64,000 nucleotides of DNA from Setoptus koraiensis (Eukaryota; Animalia; Arthropoda): positions 19,282,001 through 19,346,000 of the forward strand of contig CM106585.1 in the NCBI GenBank assembly GCA_048013815.1, in the 5' to 3' direction. This document shows, piece by piece, positions 34,687 to 48,590 of this stretch (the first letter of the stretch is position 1; each line of letters starts with the position of its first letter). The position numbers were made by a program, and so were the translations under genes. The notes beneath the pieces were generated by a model. It saw only the letters and a program-made list of their open reading frames with translations, made no database searches and was not told the DNA's origin.

Positions 34687-36405
34687 ATGGATATGGAGCC
34701 CTTGGAGGATTCTACCATACCTGGTAAACAGCATCTTCGCGACGCGCTCACCAACTGCTCCGATCCACTGAGGACAATAGAGGAATTTCAAGTCGAGAAT
34801 GGTATTCTTTTGCCATCGCTCAAGCCAATGTTACCCTTGCTAGATCTTCACGGTGTGAGGAGACTGGAATTCCATCAATCTGTCCTGGAAGAGCTTAAAG
34901 AAAAATTAAAAATACAAACAGAGCGATTAGGTAAATCGGATAGTAAACATGATCACAGGAAATTGCAGGAACTCCTCGTAAGAAGCTTCAGGTTTATCAA
35001 AATACCTACCCTACAATCAGTTGTTATGGCTGTACTCAGAAACGTCAGTAACTTAGATGGGAAAATTCTCAATATGCTAGTGTCGGACAATAATATTTAC
35101 AACGTTTGCGATGTTAGTGTTAAAAGACAAATCTGGCTGGAGCACCAGAGTCTGTTTGGTGATGAGGTCTCGCCTCTTCTACAACAATACATACAAGACA
35201 AAGAACATCTCGTATTTAATCATTCGGAAACTAGTAGCATCTTCTTTAGTCAAACTCCGAAACAACGACGCCAAAGTATATTGGTCCAGAAACTTGTCGA
35301 AATGGTTGGCGACAATGTACTCCTCTATGATACAATTGTACAATTTCTTAGGACGTTATTCTTAAAAACAAAAAATGTTCATTATTGTACTTTGCGAGTG
35401 GAACTTCTCATGGCACTCCACGATAAAGATGTGCAAGAGATTACAACTATGGATCAGACTCACAAATTTGTTTGGTGCCTTGATGCCTGCATAAGAGAAC
35501 AAGCAGTAGACCCAAAGAGGTCCAGAGAATTGCAAACATTCTTGGAGAGCATAAAACCAGGCCAAGAGCATGTGCTAGCGGATATTTCGATGACATTGTG
35601 TGATCCATATGCAGTGAATTTTTTGGCCTCGTCTTCACTCAAGATAATACAACATTTGATAAACAACGAATCTTTACCCAGGGAACACCCAGTGCTTCTT
35701 TTGATATTGAGAGTTCTCAATTTAGGATTACACTCATGGGACATTATTAATTCCTATGTTTACCGAGAGCCGAAGCTTGAAGTTAGACTAATAACGAAAT
35801 TCATGCCGGTCATGATGTCCCTCATGACGGATGATCTTATTCGTGGATTGAATACCAAGATGCCTGCTGACAATCGTGAATCTGCCATATCTGTGATTGA
35901 ACATTCGGGACCACCGCCAGAAACATTTCAGAAATATATTGAAAAAGATAGACTCGCAGCCATTTTAGCGATTGGCTACGTTATAAATTTAGTTTGTCAG
36001 TCAAAAGACAAGCAGGCAATCATGCGAATATTACCGGCTTTATCGTCATCTGCAGGAAACAAAGCCCTTGATGATCATATGTTGCACACTCTAGTATGTG
36101 GGCTAGTGGCGATGTCTGATAATTTTTCCGATTATGACTTTGCCACTGTAGTGTTTGACGAATTTTTATTGGCCAACATAAGATACGCCAATGTGGCCAG
36201 TCATCTAATGAAATTGTTGTTTTACGTGAAAGAGCATCTGCCCACCACTAAGTTGGACAACATCACTTCCTTTTTGCGATCCCTTGCAAAACTTATGAAC
36301 CCAGTGGGTTCACTTCGGATAAGTGAATTACTTGATCTGATAAAAAGTTCCATAGATAACAGAGGCGAAGAAGAAGAGTCGGAAGAGGAGGACGACGATG
36401 CGTAA
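34687..36405 (+). CDS. NELFB: Negative elongation factor B (COBRA1), 572 aa, intronless
   Basis: LRDALTNCSDPLRTIEEFQVENGILLPSLKPMLPLLDLHG and HYCTLRVELLMALHD match NELF-B. Confidence 0.96.
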   Translation: MDMEPLEDSTIPGKQHLRDALTNCSDPLRTIEEFQVENGILLPSLKPMLPLLDLHGVRRLEFHQSVLEELKEKLKIQTERLGKSDSKHDHRKLQELLVRSFRFIKIPTLQSVVMAVLRNVSNLDGKILNMLVSDNNIYNVCDVSVKRQIWLEHQSLFGDEVSPLLQQYIQDKEHLVFNHSETSSIFFSQTPKQRRQSILVQKLVEMVGDNVLLYDTIVQFLRTLFLKTKNVHYCTLRVELLMALHDKDVQEITTMDQTHKFVWCLDACIREQAVDPKRSRELQTFLESIKPGQEHVLADISMTLCDPYAVNFLASSSLKIIQHLINNESLPREHPVLLLILRVLNLGLHSWDIINSYVYREPKLEVRLITKFMPVMMSLMTDDLIRGLNTKMPADNRESAISVIEHSGPPPETFQKYIEKDRLAAILAIGYVINLVCQSKDKQAIMRILPALSSSAGNKALDDHMLHTLVCGLVAMSDNFSDYDFATVVFDEFLLANIRYANVASHLMKLLFYVKEHLPTTKLDNITSFLRSLAKLMNPVGSLRISELLDLIKSSIDNRGEEEESEEEDDDA

Positions 36406-36449
36406 AAATTAAAAATGTGGTCACGTGTATATATTCTTGCTTTTTTGTT

Positions 36450-36908
36450 TCATACAGCCTCTATCTGAGGCCTTTCTTTCTTTATTAAACAATCAACACA
36501 GTTTAGTGTGAAACTAGACTCGTCTAGTAGGCAATGACTATTGACAGCGCAAATGTAATGATACTTTCGTCTACAACGTTTCCCCACACAACCTATGGTG
36601 GCTCCGGTAGTTTTGCACGCGGCACATTTGCGACTCAAGGAATCTCTAATCACTTCTTCCATGGCTCTTATTTTGTTGCCCACTAAGTGCACGCCATCTG
36701 ACCAAATGAGACAGTCTTCATGTATCCATATCTCTTTGCCGGAAGACTTTGGTTGATATTTAGCGTCTTCTGCCGGCGGCGAGAAATCAATAACATACGG
36801 TCCAAAGAGATCTCCTAGTCGTCTGTGGTGTGACATTTTGTGACAAAGTATACAAAGCCAATCATTTTTGTTCTCGTGATGAGAACTTGTGACAGATTGG
36901 GATGCCAT
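36450..36908 (-). CDS. Extended PHD finger protein (TCF20/RAI1-like C-terminal ePHD), 152 aa as seen
   Basis: CILC...LGDLFGPY...WIHEDCLIWSDGV...CAACKTTGATIGC...C...YHYIC. A possible acceptor at ~36920 means upstream exons are not excluded. Confidence 0.82.
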   Translation of the reverse strand: MASQSVTSSHHENKNDWLCILCHKMSHHRRLGDLFGPYVIDFSPPAEDAKYQPKSSGKEIWIHEDCLIWSDGVHLVGNKIRAMEEVIRDSLSRKCAACKTTGATIGCVGKRCRRKYHYICAVNSHCLLDESSFTLNCVDCLIKKERPQIEAV

Positions 36909-38460
36909 TTGTGGGGACCCTAATGTTGTTGTTTGTAAAGCTAGCTTCGAGCTGGATGGATTTGCAGCAGCAGTTTGTTGAGCAGGAGCGGCAGCAACAA
37001 TAGAATTGCCCTGCGCACAGCGCGTTTCTCTATTTACTACTGCACCACTGCTGCTGCTGCTGCTTCAGGCTGGCCGAGTGTTAGAGTTAGGAAGCTGCTG
37101 CAACTCGGCCGCAGTTGCTGGCGCTTCTACTGCAGCAGGCCGCAGTGTGCAACCGTGTTGTGTGTGTGTGTCACACACAGTGTGAGTGTGTGAGTTGCTG
37201 CTTGCGATTGCTGCTGCGACGGTCTCATATAGAATCTGATGTTGGTCACGTCTGCCCTTGTGTGAGTGTGTGTGTGTGTGAGTGCAAATATCGGCGCGTT
37301 GCAAGTTGCATTGACTGTGCGTGTGTATCGCTGCTGCTACGTTCTCTCTGTGTGTCCGTCCTCTTTCATATCGATCACCATCATCATCTCCTTGTTCGTC
37401 GTCGTCGCCACCACCATCTCCTTCATCTCTCCCACAGGTCCAGTGCGTCGCTATTTCGCTACCTATAACACACACACACATTCTATAGCAAAACATAGCT
37501 GTATTGCAAAGTTTGCGAGTATACAAACGGCAACGAACGCGACAATTCTATAATCGAACGAAATCGGCTAGACCGCTCGATTCGGTGTGCATATTGTAAT
37601 ACAGATTATAGGGCAGATCGATTTCGTCGAATCAATCGAATTTTGTATTTTGTGTGTGTGTGTATGCGCCCATACAAAAGAAAGAACTAACGCACACACA
37701 CACACACGCACACACAACACATACAGTCGCTAGTTCGCACACAGACAAGCAAGCAGACGGACACGCACACACACGGTCGGACAGACGGACGGACAAACAG
37801 ACAGACTGAATAGAAGACATTTTTTACCAATAATGGTGCTCATGTCAATTGGTCGTGCTAGGCCGACTACTTCTTACACTTCTAGTGGTAGCAGCAGCAG
37901 TCAACATCGGAAACAGTAGCAGCACTGTTTTTATTATTAATTTCATTAATCTCATTGTTATTATTATTACTATTATCCGATACATTATTGCATTTGTGAA
38001 ACAGTCAGTCGAGAAACATTTTTCAGCGCGACACCAGCAGCAACGCACCGACTGACAAACAATCGGCGAAACTCGATCGTTTATATTCGAATACATCAAA
38101 CCAGCCGAGCCGGACACTCCGGAGCAGAGCATCAGACGCAGGCATTTCACTCCACTCACCCACAAGACTCAGGACAGGCCCACCTTGGACAATTGGACAG
38201 ATTGAAAAATCTCAAAAAATTACATTGTGCGTATTTATTATTATTATTGCATTTGTTTCCCCATTATACACCGATCAAGTGTAACAGAGAGATTTAGTCA
38301 CCAACGACCCAATTTGCAAAGCAGCATCTATTGTTATTGATAGCATAAATTAGAAAAACACACAAAAAACAAAAAATTATTAGCTACAGCACAACGCCAT
38401 ACCAGCTTGTGGTAATACAGTTGTGACAGAACAAGACGAAAAAGAAGAGATAAAATCATC

Positions 38461-40331
38461 ATGAGTGCTCACGCTACTAATGCTAAGGCACAGGTCATCC
38501 CTGCGGCCAATAACGTCGTCGGGCCGCAAAGTGTTGCTAACAACACTAATGGTGCCACCACAGGACTTAACACTAATTACATAATTCAGGCAGCTCAACC
38601 GGCTACAAATCCTGCTAATCACAACAATGTCAACACAAACAATAGCACTGGTACTAACACAACTTGCACTGGTAATGCAAGTAGCAACAACAATCCAATT
38701 GTCAGCAACACAAATAACACTAACAACAATAGTAATAATGGTAGTACTAGTGTTAACGGTAGCAACCCACATCTAGCTAATCATCACCAACACAATCACC
38801 ATCACAACAACCACCACCATCACCAGCAGCTACAACACCAACAACAGCACCAACATCAACAGCAACATCAACATCAACAACATCATCAACATCACCAGCA
38901 ACATCAACATCAGCACCACAGTAGTAATCATCATGAACAATTGAGCAAAACAAATATATACATACGTGGGCTAGAGGTTAACACTTGCGACGATGATCTA
39001 TTTAACATGTGTACCAGATATGGTCAAATAGTATCCACAAAAGCTATATTGGATACCAACACTAACAAATGTAAAGGCTTCGGATTTGTCGACTTTGATA
39101 CACCTGCCGCAGCTGAGAAGGCAGTTACTGAATTAACAAAAATTGGCGTATTGGCACAAATGGCCAAACAACAGGAACAGGATCCAACGAATCTCTATAT
39201 TGCAAATCTACCATTGACCATGACTGAACAAGAGCTAGAGACCTTGTTACGGCCATTTGGATTTGTTGTCTCAACTAGAATTTTGACTGATCACAATCAC
39301 CAATCGAGAGGTGTGGGTTTTGCGCGTATGGAAACTAAGGAGCAATGCGACAATATCATAGCACAATTAAATGGTCGCGCACTAAAAGGGAAAGAACAAT
39401 TGTTGGTTAAATTTGCTGATGGAGCAAACAAAAAACGTACCCATCACTATCAACACAAGCAAGTGGGAGGTTTTGTTGGGGGAGATCACCGTTGGCGTGG
39501 CGCCAGTGACTCAGATCACTTATTGAGCGGTGGTAATTTTCATGCTAACGCTTATGATCACCATCGTACTTCGCACGGCATTTCACATCACAACAACGGC
39601 CTTGCCAAGCATCATCCGATGTCATCATCCATTTCTGGCTATCACCCCCATCACCAAGCTCACCAAAGCAGTCATCATTCTCACTCTAACCCACATCATC
39701 ATCAGCAGCACCACCATCAACAGCATCATCATCATGCTCACAACCACTCAACTCATTCAAATCATAGGAATCAAACTTCTGGACCTTACGGGAATGCTAC
39801 TTCTTACCCAGGATCAATGAACGCCGGAGCTGACGCCTCTCAATGGCTTCATCCTCCGCAAGCAGGTCAACCGTAAGTTTCTCATTCGACTTTCCATAAA
39901 ATTTCATGTATCAAGCACATCTAGCATACATTGATTGCACACTATTTTTATTCGCCTTGACAATAATGACTCTAGGAGTGATAACTAGAATTTAGTGCTT
40001 GTTGTACATTGGTCGGCGATGTGAATTATATATGTGAATCTAACCATATTCTCAACTTGCATCTCTTCCTAATACACCCGACATCAGATATGTTCTTCCC
40101 CCGCAAATGATGCCAACTTCAGCTATGGATCCATCGAGTCAAGCAGCTTTGCATTATGTTACAGGACTGACAGCCCAGATGCAGGGTCTTCAATTAGGTA
40201 ATCCACCAGTGGGAGGGTACTTGTCTCCACAACAGTGGCCTGTTTGGGCTGGAAATGTTGGAAAACAACAGTCCAGTAATCAAAACAACAACCATAGTGG
40301 TAATCCCAGTGGCTATTCTGAAACTGATTGA
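38461..40331 (+). CDS. shep: Alan shepard / RBMS-family double-RRM protein, ~551 aa, 2 exons
   Basis: Exons 38461-39872 and 40088-40331 (GTAAGT...CAG, phase 2). [45 protein letters not shown] and LLVKFADG. Confidence 0.93.
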
Positions 40332-40758
40332 TTTGGAAAACGTTACAGTTATTAGGAGCGTTATTAAGAATGTGATCGTATATTTAAAACAGTAAAAAAT
40401 CGATTATCAAGGTGGATAAATGTAAGATAGAAACGTTGACACTGATGCGCACACTTCATTAGGAATAATGAAGGGACAAATTTGTATTTGAACAAAAGAA
40501 GATTTAAATCTCTTCAGATGCAAGTCCAAATTGGATGATAGCATACTTTTAAAAGTATATTTTTTTGAACATGCCATTGCAGATTGTGCTCTATTGCTGA
40601 GCAAATCTTGAAAGATATAGTTGAACTAAACCGAAAGTTGGGACATCATTTGTATGCTGGATTAAAAATGGATTACTATTTTAAGCAGTTAATAAACAAA
40701 ATTTCTCGATTGTTTCCGTCAATCAATGTTCTCGAATGATGTTTGTTACAGGCGTAGA

Positions 40759-43700
40759 TCATTGGTCGCCGGGCATTGTCATGAGTGATTCTTCCTTTTG
40801 TCTACTGAACCAAGCAATCTCATACAAGTCTACTCTGTAATTACGCATCCAACGACCACCGTCTATCAACTGTTGTCTTAATTCATCTTTCCACAAGCCA
40901 ACAGGTAAATAGATATCTCTATATCTCTTATTTTGAACGAGTATAGGTGCCACAATGATATCATTGCCAATAGCAAATTGATCTTTGATTGTGAAATCTC
41001 TTCTGTCTTCAAGGTACCACAAGGGTCTTATAAGGGGCAAAAAGTTTGTATTTATTAGTGGCGAGCTAGTCTTATTTTTACCATGGACTAATGGTGAGTA
41101 TGGTAGATTCTTCTTCAGATCTGGAACTATCAACATTTGGCGCATTTTAATGAGATTTTGTGCCATCTCTTGAAGTTTGTATTTTTCTATTGCCTCTATA
41201 CTATTGAATTGCAGTATGGGCATAAATGCAGATAATTGTAACCATCTAACGAACAATTCTTCCTCTATTATCTTGGGGAATACGGGTATGACAGGTGTAG
41301 GGTCTGGGTTGTTTGCTTTGTTTGAATTAAGCTCGTTGGCTTGACTAGGGACTGTTCTGTTGATCTGCACCTTGAAGTCGCCACCAACAGAGCCAGGATG
41401 GATGAGCGAGTAACCAATGAGACCCAAATTGAATAATGAAGGTATAATAGATTGTAAGCCTTGCCACGAGGCCGGTCTTGGGGATAATTGAATATAGCTA
41501 AAGGCGCCTGTAAATTGTGTCATAGTGAACAAGCTATGATTGTGTAACATGTCCTCTGCTAACAACCGATAGTCTTCGAGATACCGATCTGACCACAGTT
41601 TTGATGGATGACCACCGACAAGACAAATTCCGTCGGCCTCCTCTCTAAACAGGTTAGATCTTAGAATGTTATCAATCATCCATTGTCGATTCCTATGTTG
41701 AGTCAAATCAATCAATGAACACAAACCGTCCGCCGATTCATTGCAATGGAATAAAAATGGTACCTTCGAGCTGCTGTTTGGATGATTAGAATGAATTTGT
41801 TGATTTAGATTCTCGTAGCTAATCTCATAAAACGACGTTCTTCTAATGAACGATCTAATTGATGATGAAACAGGCGAAGTCGAGGAGAATCCTTGTTCTG
41901 AGTTTACAAATATTCTACCGTCGTCAGTTAAATTTAGCAAATTTGTCATTCCAATATTACAATCAATATAAGGTGTTATGGCCAATATTATCTTAAAACC
42001 CTTGTTGTGCAACAACTCAAACAATAGCTCGGCACCAGGAAATCTGGCCGTATTCAATTTCATGCTGCCGATGTATGTTTCCCAACGTGAATCTATTTGA
42101 ATGATCTTCTTGGGACTCAAGCCAGACCTGACTATCTTGTCCATATACAGTCTTAGTGTTTGACCATCCAATATGGACATATACTCCAGACTAGTTTTAA
42201 ATATTGGCCTCTCAAGTATATCAATCAAATTAAACTCCGCCCTACCGTTCGATTTCTCCTCTTTAATTATTGGTCGCATTATCTGATCATTGAAATCCTC
42301 TTTCAACTCTTGACTTTGGGTGGATATAATATTCGATGTGAGTGTTAGATTGATAACAACCTGCTGATCAATCAGGCTAGACAATGGAGGCGGCTCCTCT
42401 TCGTGTGGTTCCTCTTGTCGATTAGACACTGAGGCCATCAATTCGATATTGTCTTGAACTAATTTTTTGTTTATATCAATGAGATTATTTGAGGAACAAA
42501 TTGAATACTCTAGACGATGAAAAGAATTTCCAATTCGATTGTTACCATTGGACTTTTCGCTGGGCCAAAATTTAGCTCTTGTTTCAAATACAGAATTTTG
42601 TTCTCTATTGTATGATCTCTTTTTGACGCCATAATCACCTATAGACAGACACAATTTCTTATTTCTGGAATGATTCAAGCTCACATAGAGCGGAATCTCT
42701 AATGGTATATCATGTATTAGAATACCATTAGTGGATAGCCATTTTCTACTTGAAGATGAGCCAATTATTAGTCCATTATTACCATAATTAGATTGGCTAT
42801 TATCATTAGATAATGATGAAGTTCTCGATGGCAATCCCGTAACAAATGGTGTCTTTGGCAAGCTTATATTGTTCAATGGCCACGAGGCCACATTCAACAA
42901 GTCGCCAATACCAAACCAATGAGATCCTTGTAGATCATAACAATCAACAAGTGGCGTTGTCAATGAGTCATAACTTTGCCATTTGATATGATAACAAAAT
43001 GACTGTTTTGTTTTATCAAATGGTGTCATATAAACACGCATATTGGCCCTATACGGCCAATCAAGGCATTTCAAGCACTTGCGACCATCTTGTCGTTCAA
43101 ATAAACTATTAGATTTGGTATGCTTCAACAGAATAGACTCGTATTCGTCACAATCGCAAGCCATCGGATTTAGATTGGTGGGAATGCCTTGACCGAACGA
43201 CCCCTTCAATATTTGTTTTGAGCCATGTATTGGGTCTAATAACACTAGTGAACGTTGTATCTGGTCTAATTCAATGCGATCCTGTTCAGCTTGTAAGTGT
43301 TCTTGTTTTTGCATTAAATAACTACTGACTAGTGTCATTATTATCACAAATGCCAACATCAGTATCAATAGTACATGATTAGTGAATTCAGTGATTCTAC
43401 CGGACACCTTTTCACTTGTTGCTTTAGCTTTGGTGGTTGTGTCTTGGTGAGAGCTTTGGTTCTTTGCTTTGGTGGCTTTCTTAGAGCGGCCCTGGAAAGA
43501 GGTGACGAAGATGAAGAGGATGATAATTTTGTCTGATGTGATGAGATGATTTCTTAAAAATTATCATCGAGGTCATCAGGCCTGGCAAGCCGATTGGCAC
43601 GCTGATGATTTGTATGGCTGAGTTTACATGATTCGAAAAGTTCTAGAAGAATCGTCGAGAGATTCTTGGAAAGATTCTTTGCGTTGTAACCTTACGAGGA

Positions 43701-44145
43701 GAGAATTCTGGAAAGATCTGAGAGACTAAGATAGTCTAGACACTTGACAGGCCGACTGACCTGTCAGCCTGAGTGTCAGTGTCGGAATGAATACTCGGCT
43801 ACTAACCCACGAAGGTCTTATATAGGAGAAATCCTCTAAACTGAGAGCAACCGCATTAGTTGGTCTTAATTTTTTCAATCTGCGCTTCCTATCATCAATG
43901 ACTCCGTGTGGCTGAGCCATGGGCGACCAGTTGTATGGCCTGGTTGATGACATATCATGGTCATCGTTTGACGATTCCGAAGTGTCATTGGCCATGAGAT
44001 AATTTGTGATATATAGCCTATCGTCTGTGCTAAGTCCATCGAATAATAAACTATTGGCTTCTTTTTTTGATACACCAACATTGTTTGTTTTGTCCAATCT
44101 TTGTTCGGCGCTTGGAACGCCAAAGAAAGACGTACTATTAGGCAT
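40759..44145 (-). CDS. MYORG: MYORG/KIAA1161-like GH31 type II membrane protein, probably catalytically inactive, ~1023 aa
   Basis: Exons 44145-43807 and 43491-40759 (GTTAGT...CAG, phase 0; exon 1 tentative). TM segment, IQIDSRWE, ARFP, ELFVRWLQLSAFMP and DQFAIGNDIIVAPI..RDIYLP.G.W. Confidence 0.85.
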
Positions 44146-44582
44146 GCCCAATGTATGTATGTATCACGCGCTATTTCATAATCATGAGCTATTAAGATCT
44201 AACTGTTGCTGTTAATTGATTATTATTATCGCTGCTATTGAAAGGATACAGTTTAACGAAGCCAATGTCTTTGATTCGATCTGGTCGGATCGGCTATATA
44301 TTAACTGCGTGTGTGTGTGTGTGTGTGTGTTGTTTTCGGAAATAGGCAAGAGGTCAGACGAGCTGGCTTGTTTCAAAAGGAAAGACGAGAGACTAATGAG
44401 ACTAATTAACTAATAACGCTACTATTGCCGACAAGCAACCTGCTACAAGCAATAGTTAATGATTAGATGAGACACAAACAAATATTGACGACACGCACAC
44501 AACAACTGCAGACTGATGGCTAATCAGTCGCTATCTGTCCGTCTATTTATCTGACTTGTCTTATTGTCTCACCATCTCTAAT

Positions 44583-44604
44583 ACCACTACCACCACCACT
44601 ACCA

Positions 44605-44641
<37 letters not shown>

Positions 44642-44655
44642 CACTACTACTACTA
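44583..44655. repeat. (ACC)n/(ACT)n compound microsatellite
   Basis: Contiguous ACC then ACT triplets. Confidence 0.9.
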
Positions 44656-44887
44656 TTGCCGGCGTCTAGACGGAGCGTGTTCTGATTGTCAATCGCAATT
44701 GTCACATCGTCACTAATCAAGACTGTATCACAAAAGTCATCATTTAATTAATATCATTGTTAATTGTTATTAATAACTCGGTATTAATATCAAGTTGTCA
44801 ACGTCAAGTTGTCAATACAACAAAATTATATCAGCAACAATGATATTGTTTAGCGCCCTCTTGAGTAACATCGCCGAGTTGTAAACC

Positions 44888-44977
44888 ATTGAATTAGATT
44901 GAATTAGATTGGATGAGATTGAATCAGATTGAATTGGATCGGATTGGATTGAATTGAATAAGATTGAGTTAGATTGA
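44888..44977. repeat. Imperfect pentamer repeat (ATTGA/ATTAG/ATTGG)
   Basis: About 18 degenerate 5-mers. Confidence 0.8.
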
Positions 44978-46813
44978 AAGCAAAGAATCTAGAACAACTT
45001 TTCCCAGAGCAAGGCGAAACTTAGGACTGTCTTGGTTGCCATTGCTTGGGATGCGATAATATTCGAGATAAAGAAGCGTTTTTAAGCGCTCATTTATTAG
45101 CATTTATCGGAACACATGGTCCGCGAAAAAACGGGGGACGGCATTGGAGACACATTTCCCACAGCCAGTCAAGTGTAATCAATTGTGATAGTGCGATAGT
45201 GTGATCGAGTGATAGGGTTCGCAACGCGTCCCCCCGCTTTTCCAATCAAGTTTATTAGACAGAAGTTTATCTAGTTTGGTCTAGTCGAAGTTTGGTTAGA
45301 TAATAATAATAATAACTAATTGATCGCGTTGCTGTCCTTGCGCGCCTGTTTGCTCAATTAACATTTGCCGAGACACTCTCAAGTTTGGTTCATCGGCTGC
45401 CTGTTTATTTGTTTGGCTGACTGGCTGGCTGGCTGGCTAAATGAAGAATGTGTGGCTAAACGAATGGAATTGACGACAAAAACAACAACTTGTCTCACTT
45501 GTCCTGCCCGCGCGTAGTTAATGCCGGGCTGGCATTGAAGTTGCCAGCCAGCCCGCCCGCCCGACTGACTGGCTTGCTAGACAGCCGACGACAGCCAATG
45601 GTGTGACATCATAAATACAACTTTTTCAATAAATAACGAACAGGCACTATTATGTGATAATAATATTATACAAAATTGCTTCTTCTATCTCTTATTTATT
45701 ATTTACAAGCTAATCCTTTGCTGTGGTGGCTTTGTTTTTTTGTTCTGTCTGTGGCTCTCTCTTGTGTACATGGCTTGTGTATGTGAGTGTGGCAGTGATT
45801 TGCTGCTTGCAGTGAGCAAAAAAGAATTAGAAAAAGAATTAGATTTAACCAATCTACCTTGAGAGAACATTAATGAAAGAATGACACCGTGCGTCTGTGT
45901 TAATGAATGATTCCAGTCATTAGCAGTGTGCCAGGCAGCAGCATCCAGGTGACTCCTCCCAGAAACTATGTCTCATGATTTACATGATCCAGCGACACAA
46001 TCACAACCAGTGCGACGATACGATACGAAGACACGATAATTATTATGCAATTGCAGATAGTTGCAGAGTTATTACATAAGTAACTACTACGTACCCACTG
46101 TAAGCACTGTAAGTTAGTTACGTAAATGCAGGCGCTTGCATCAACACAATTATACAGTCAGACAGTGAGACAGACAGACAGACAGGCCGACAATTACGTG
46201 GTGAGTTATATAATATCAACCACCGCCGATCAACAACAAATTAAGAACGAACAAACGAGCAAACGAGCAACGAAACAAACGAGGAAGAAAAACAATTCAT
46301 CTTATTCATTGATTAGCTAATCGGTGCTGTGGTCGCCGGCTGGCACAGTCGCGAAGCTAGTGAGCTAGTGAGCTCTGGTGGGTGCCTCCAAATGTTGCCG
46401 GCATGAGCAAATACTAGATCTTCTAGATCTATCTGACAGTGGTTGTTGCTTGAATGAATGCTGTTCGTCTAATGACAGCCGCGACGGCGACGCCAGAATA
46501 AGGCGCAATTGACGAGAAGCGACGACAAGAAGTAGGAAGTGTTTGTTTGCGAGCCATAGCGCCACCAGCAAAAGCGCATCATCGCGCCGACGACAGTAAC
46601 ACATTTATCAAGAATTTATATTTATAATTATTTTTATTTTTATATTTATGCTCATGTTTATATTTATATATTTATATCCATGCCAGCCAAACAAATAGAG
46701 GTGCATAGACACGCATAGACAGATTTATTAACTTGTGTGGCGGTTGTTTTCCTAGGCTCTAGTGGCGATACACTACTCATTCACTCCATCACTGATAGCA
46801 TTGGACTGTGTGC

Positions 46814-46930
<117 letters not shown>

Positions 46931-46980
46931 TTTGTGACAACATGGCTGACATAAATAATGGAAATACCCACTAGCACTAT

Positions 46981-47065
46981 CAACCACCAACCACCAACTA
47001 CCGACCGCCAACCACCAACCACCAACCACCAACCACCAACCACCAACCACCAACCACCAACCACC
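46981..47065. repeat. Heptamer repeat (CAACCAC)n
   Basis: About 12 units, two of them degenerate. Confidence 0.9.
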
Positions 47066-48199
47066 AGACACCACCTATCAGCAGCTAACAACGGCGGCAC
47101 AACAACCGAGCACCACAGCAACTACATCAAATCAACAGCATCGCTGCTAGTCGCTGTTGTGTGACTAACTAGCTATCTGACTAGCTGACTGATAGCTAAC
47201 TAACAGCAACTAATAGATAGATCTAGGCACAATCTTTCTCATTATCACCACAAAATCACCGCAGACGCACTGACACACACACACACACACACCGACATAA
47301 CTAATATACCAAACTAATGGCGTATCTATATGCCGTGTAGTGAGATAGTATTGAAATAATAGTATCGAAATAATAACTAGGCAACAACAACTATTGGTTC
47401 TGGCGATTCTTCTGCGCCGATTTGATTTAGTTGATCGCGTCTAGCTGGCAACTCACTAGCTTGTGAGCCGATCGAGACATTGCTATTCTCTCTCTCCAAA
47501 TATATATATACGCGCTATATGTACATGCGTCTGTCCTGTTGATCCATACCCACATTATAATATATACACAATTATATAGTAAGACCAATTATTATCAGTT
47601 ATCATCACTTGTTTGTTTACTAAGGTGTGTGTATCATGTGTAATGGCTAGTGTATTGTTGTGCACTATGAGTAGTATTTGCAGCGCAGACCCAATAGCCA
47701 ATGCATAGCTGAATGTTTCATCATTTATACAATACCCAACAACAACAATTATCCTATTATTATTATTACTATTGACGCTATTATATTCGAGTTATATATT
47801 AAAAGAGCCTGCTTTTTAGAGGCTCTCGTTCTCTCTCTCAACACACTGATATTGATACAATACTTCCATTGATCACCGCTATTGTCACTGTTAAATCTCT
47901 CTCTCGCTCTCTCTCTCACTATCACTACTGTCAACCAGCATCACTATTACTATCACTTGTGCCACTACTACTACAATTACTACTATCATTTCTACTACTA
48001 CTCCCACTCTCTGCTACTGGCTACAGTACCAACACTACCGTTGTTTGCCATTAATAAACTTAGTATCATTAAATTAATTAACACCTAGGCAACAACAGAT
48101 TGTCGCATACACATACACACACACACTCACACACGCTAACAGTTAGTGCAGAATACAACAACAACAACAACAACAGCAGCAGCAACAATTACTGTCACA

Positions 48200-48546
48200 A
48201 TGCTTACATTAGAGCAACGTTATGAGCCTGCAAAGAGGCGCAAAGAGAAGGCCAAAATAGCCGCAAGAGCTAGGCGCAATCAAGAGTCGGAAATTTTCTT
48301 AGAGATGGCCAACGAATTGTCCATCGGCCAAGAACAAATGCAACGCATTGACAAGGCCTCAATAGTTCGTTTAGCCATTAGTTACATAAAGGCCATCAAG
48401 GCACTAGAAGAGTTGTCGCGCCTCTACAGACAACTACCCAACACAATAGTGCCCAGCCACCAACCAATCGACGCCACCCACAACAACAAAGAAGCAACCA
48501 GCAACAAGTTGAACAACAACAGCCCCAGCATCAGCAACAACAACAA

Positions 48547-48590
<44 letters not shown>

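Noticed and set aside
44683-44702. miR-219-like sequence TGATTGTCAATCGCAATTGT
   Set aside because: Seed and CGCAATT match my recollection of miR-219, but neither flank forms a precursor hairpin.
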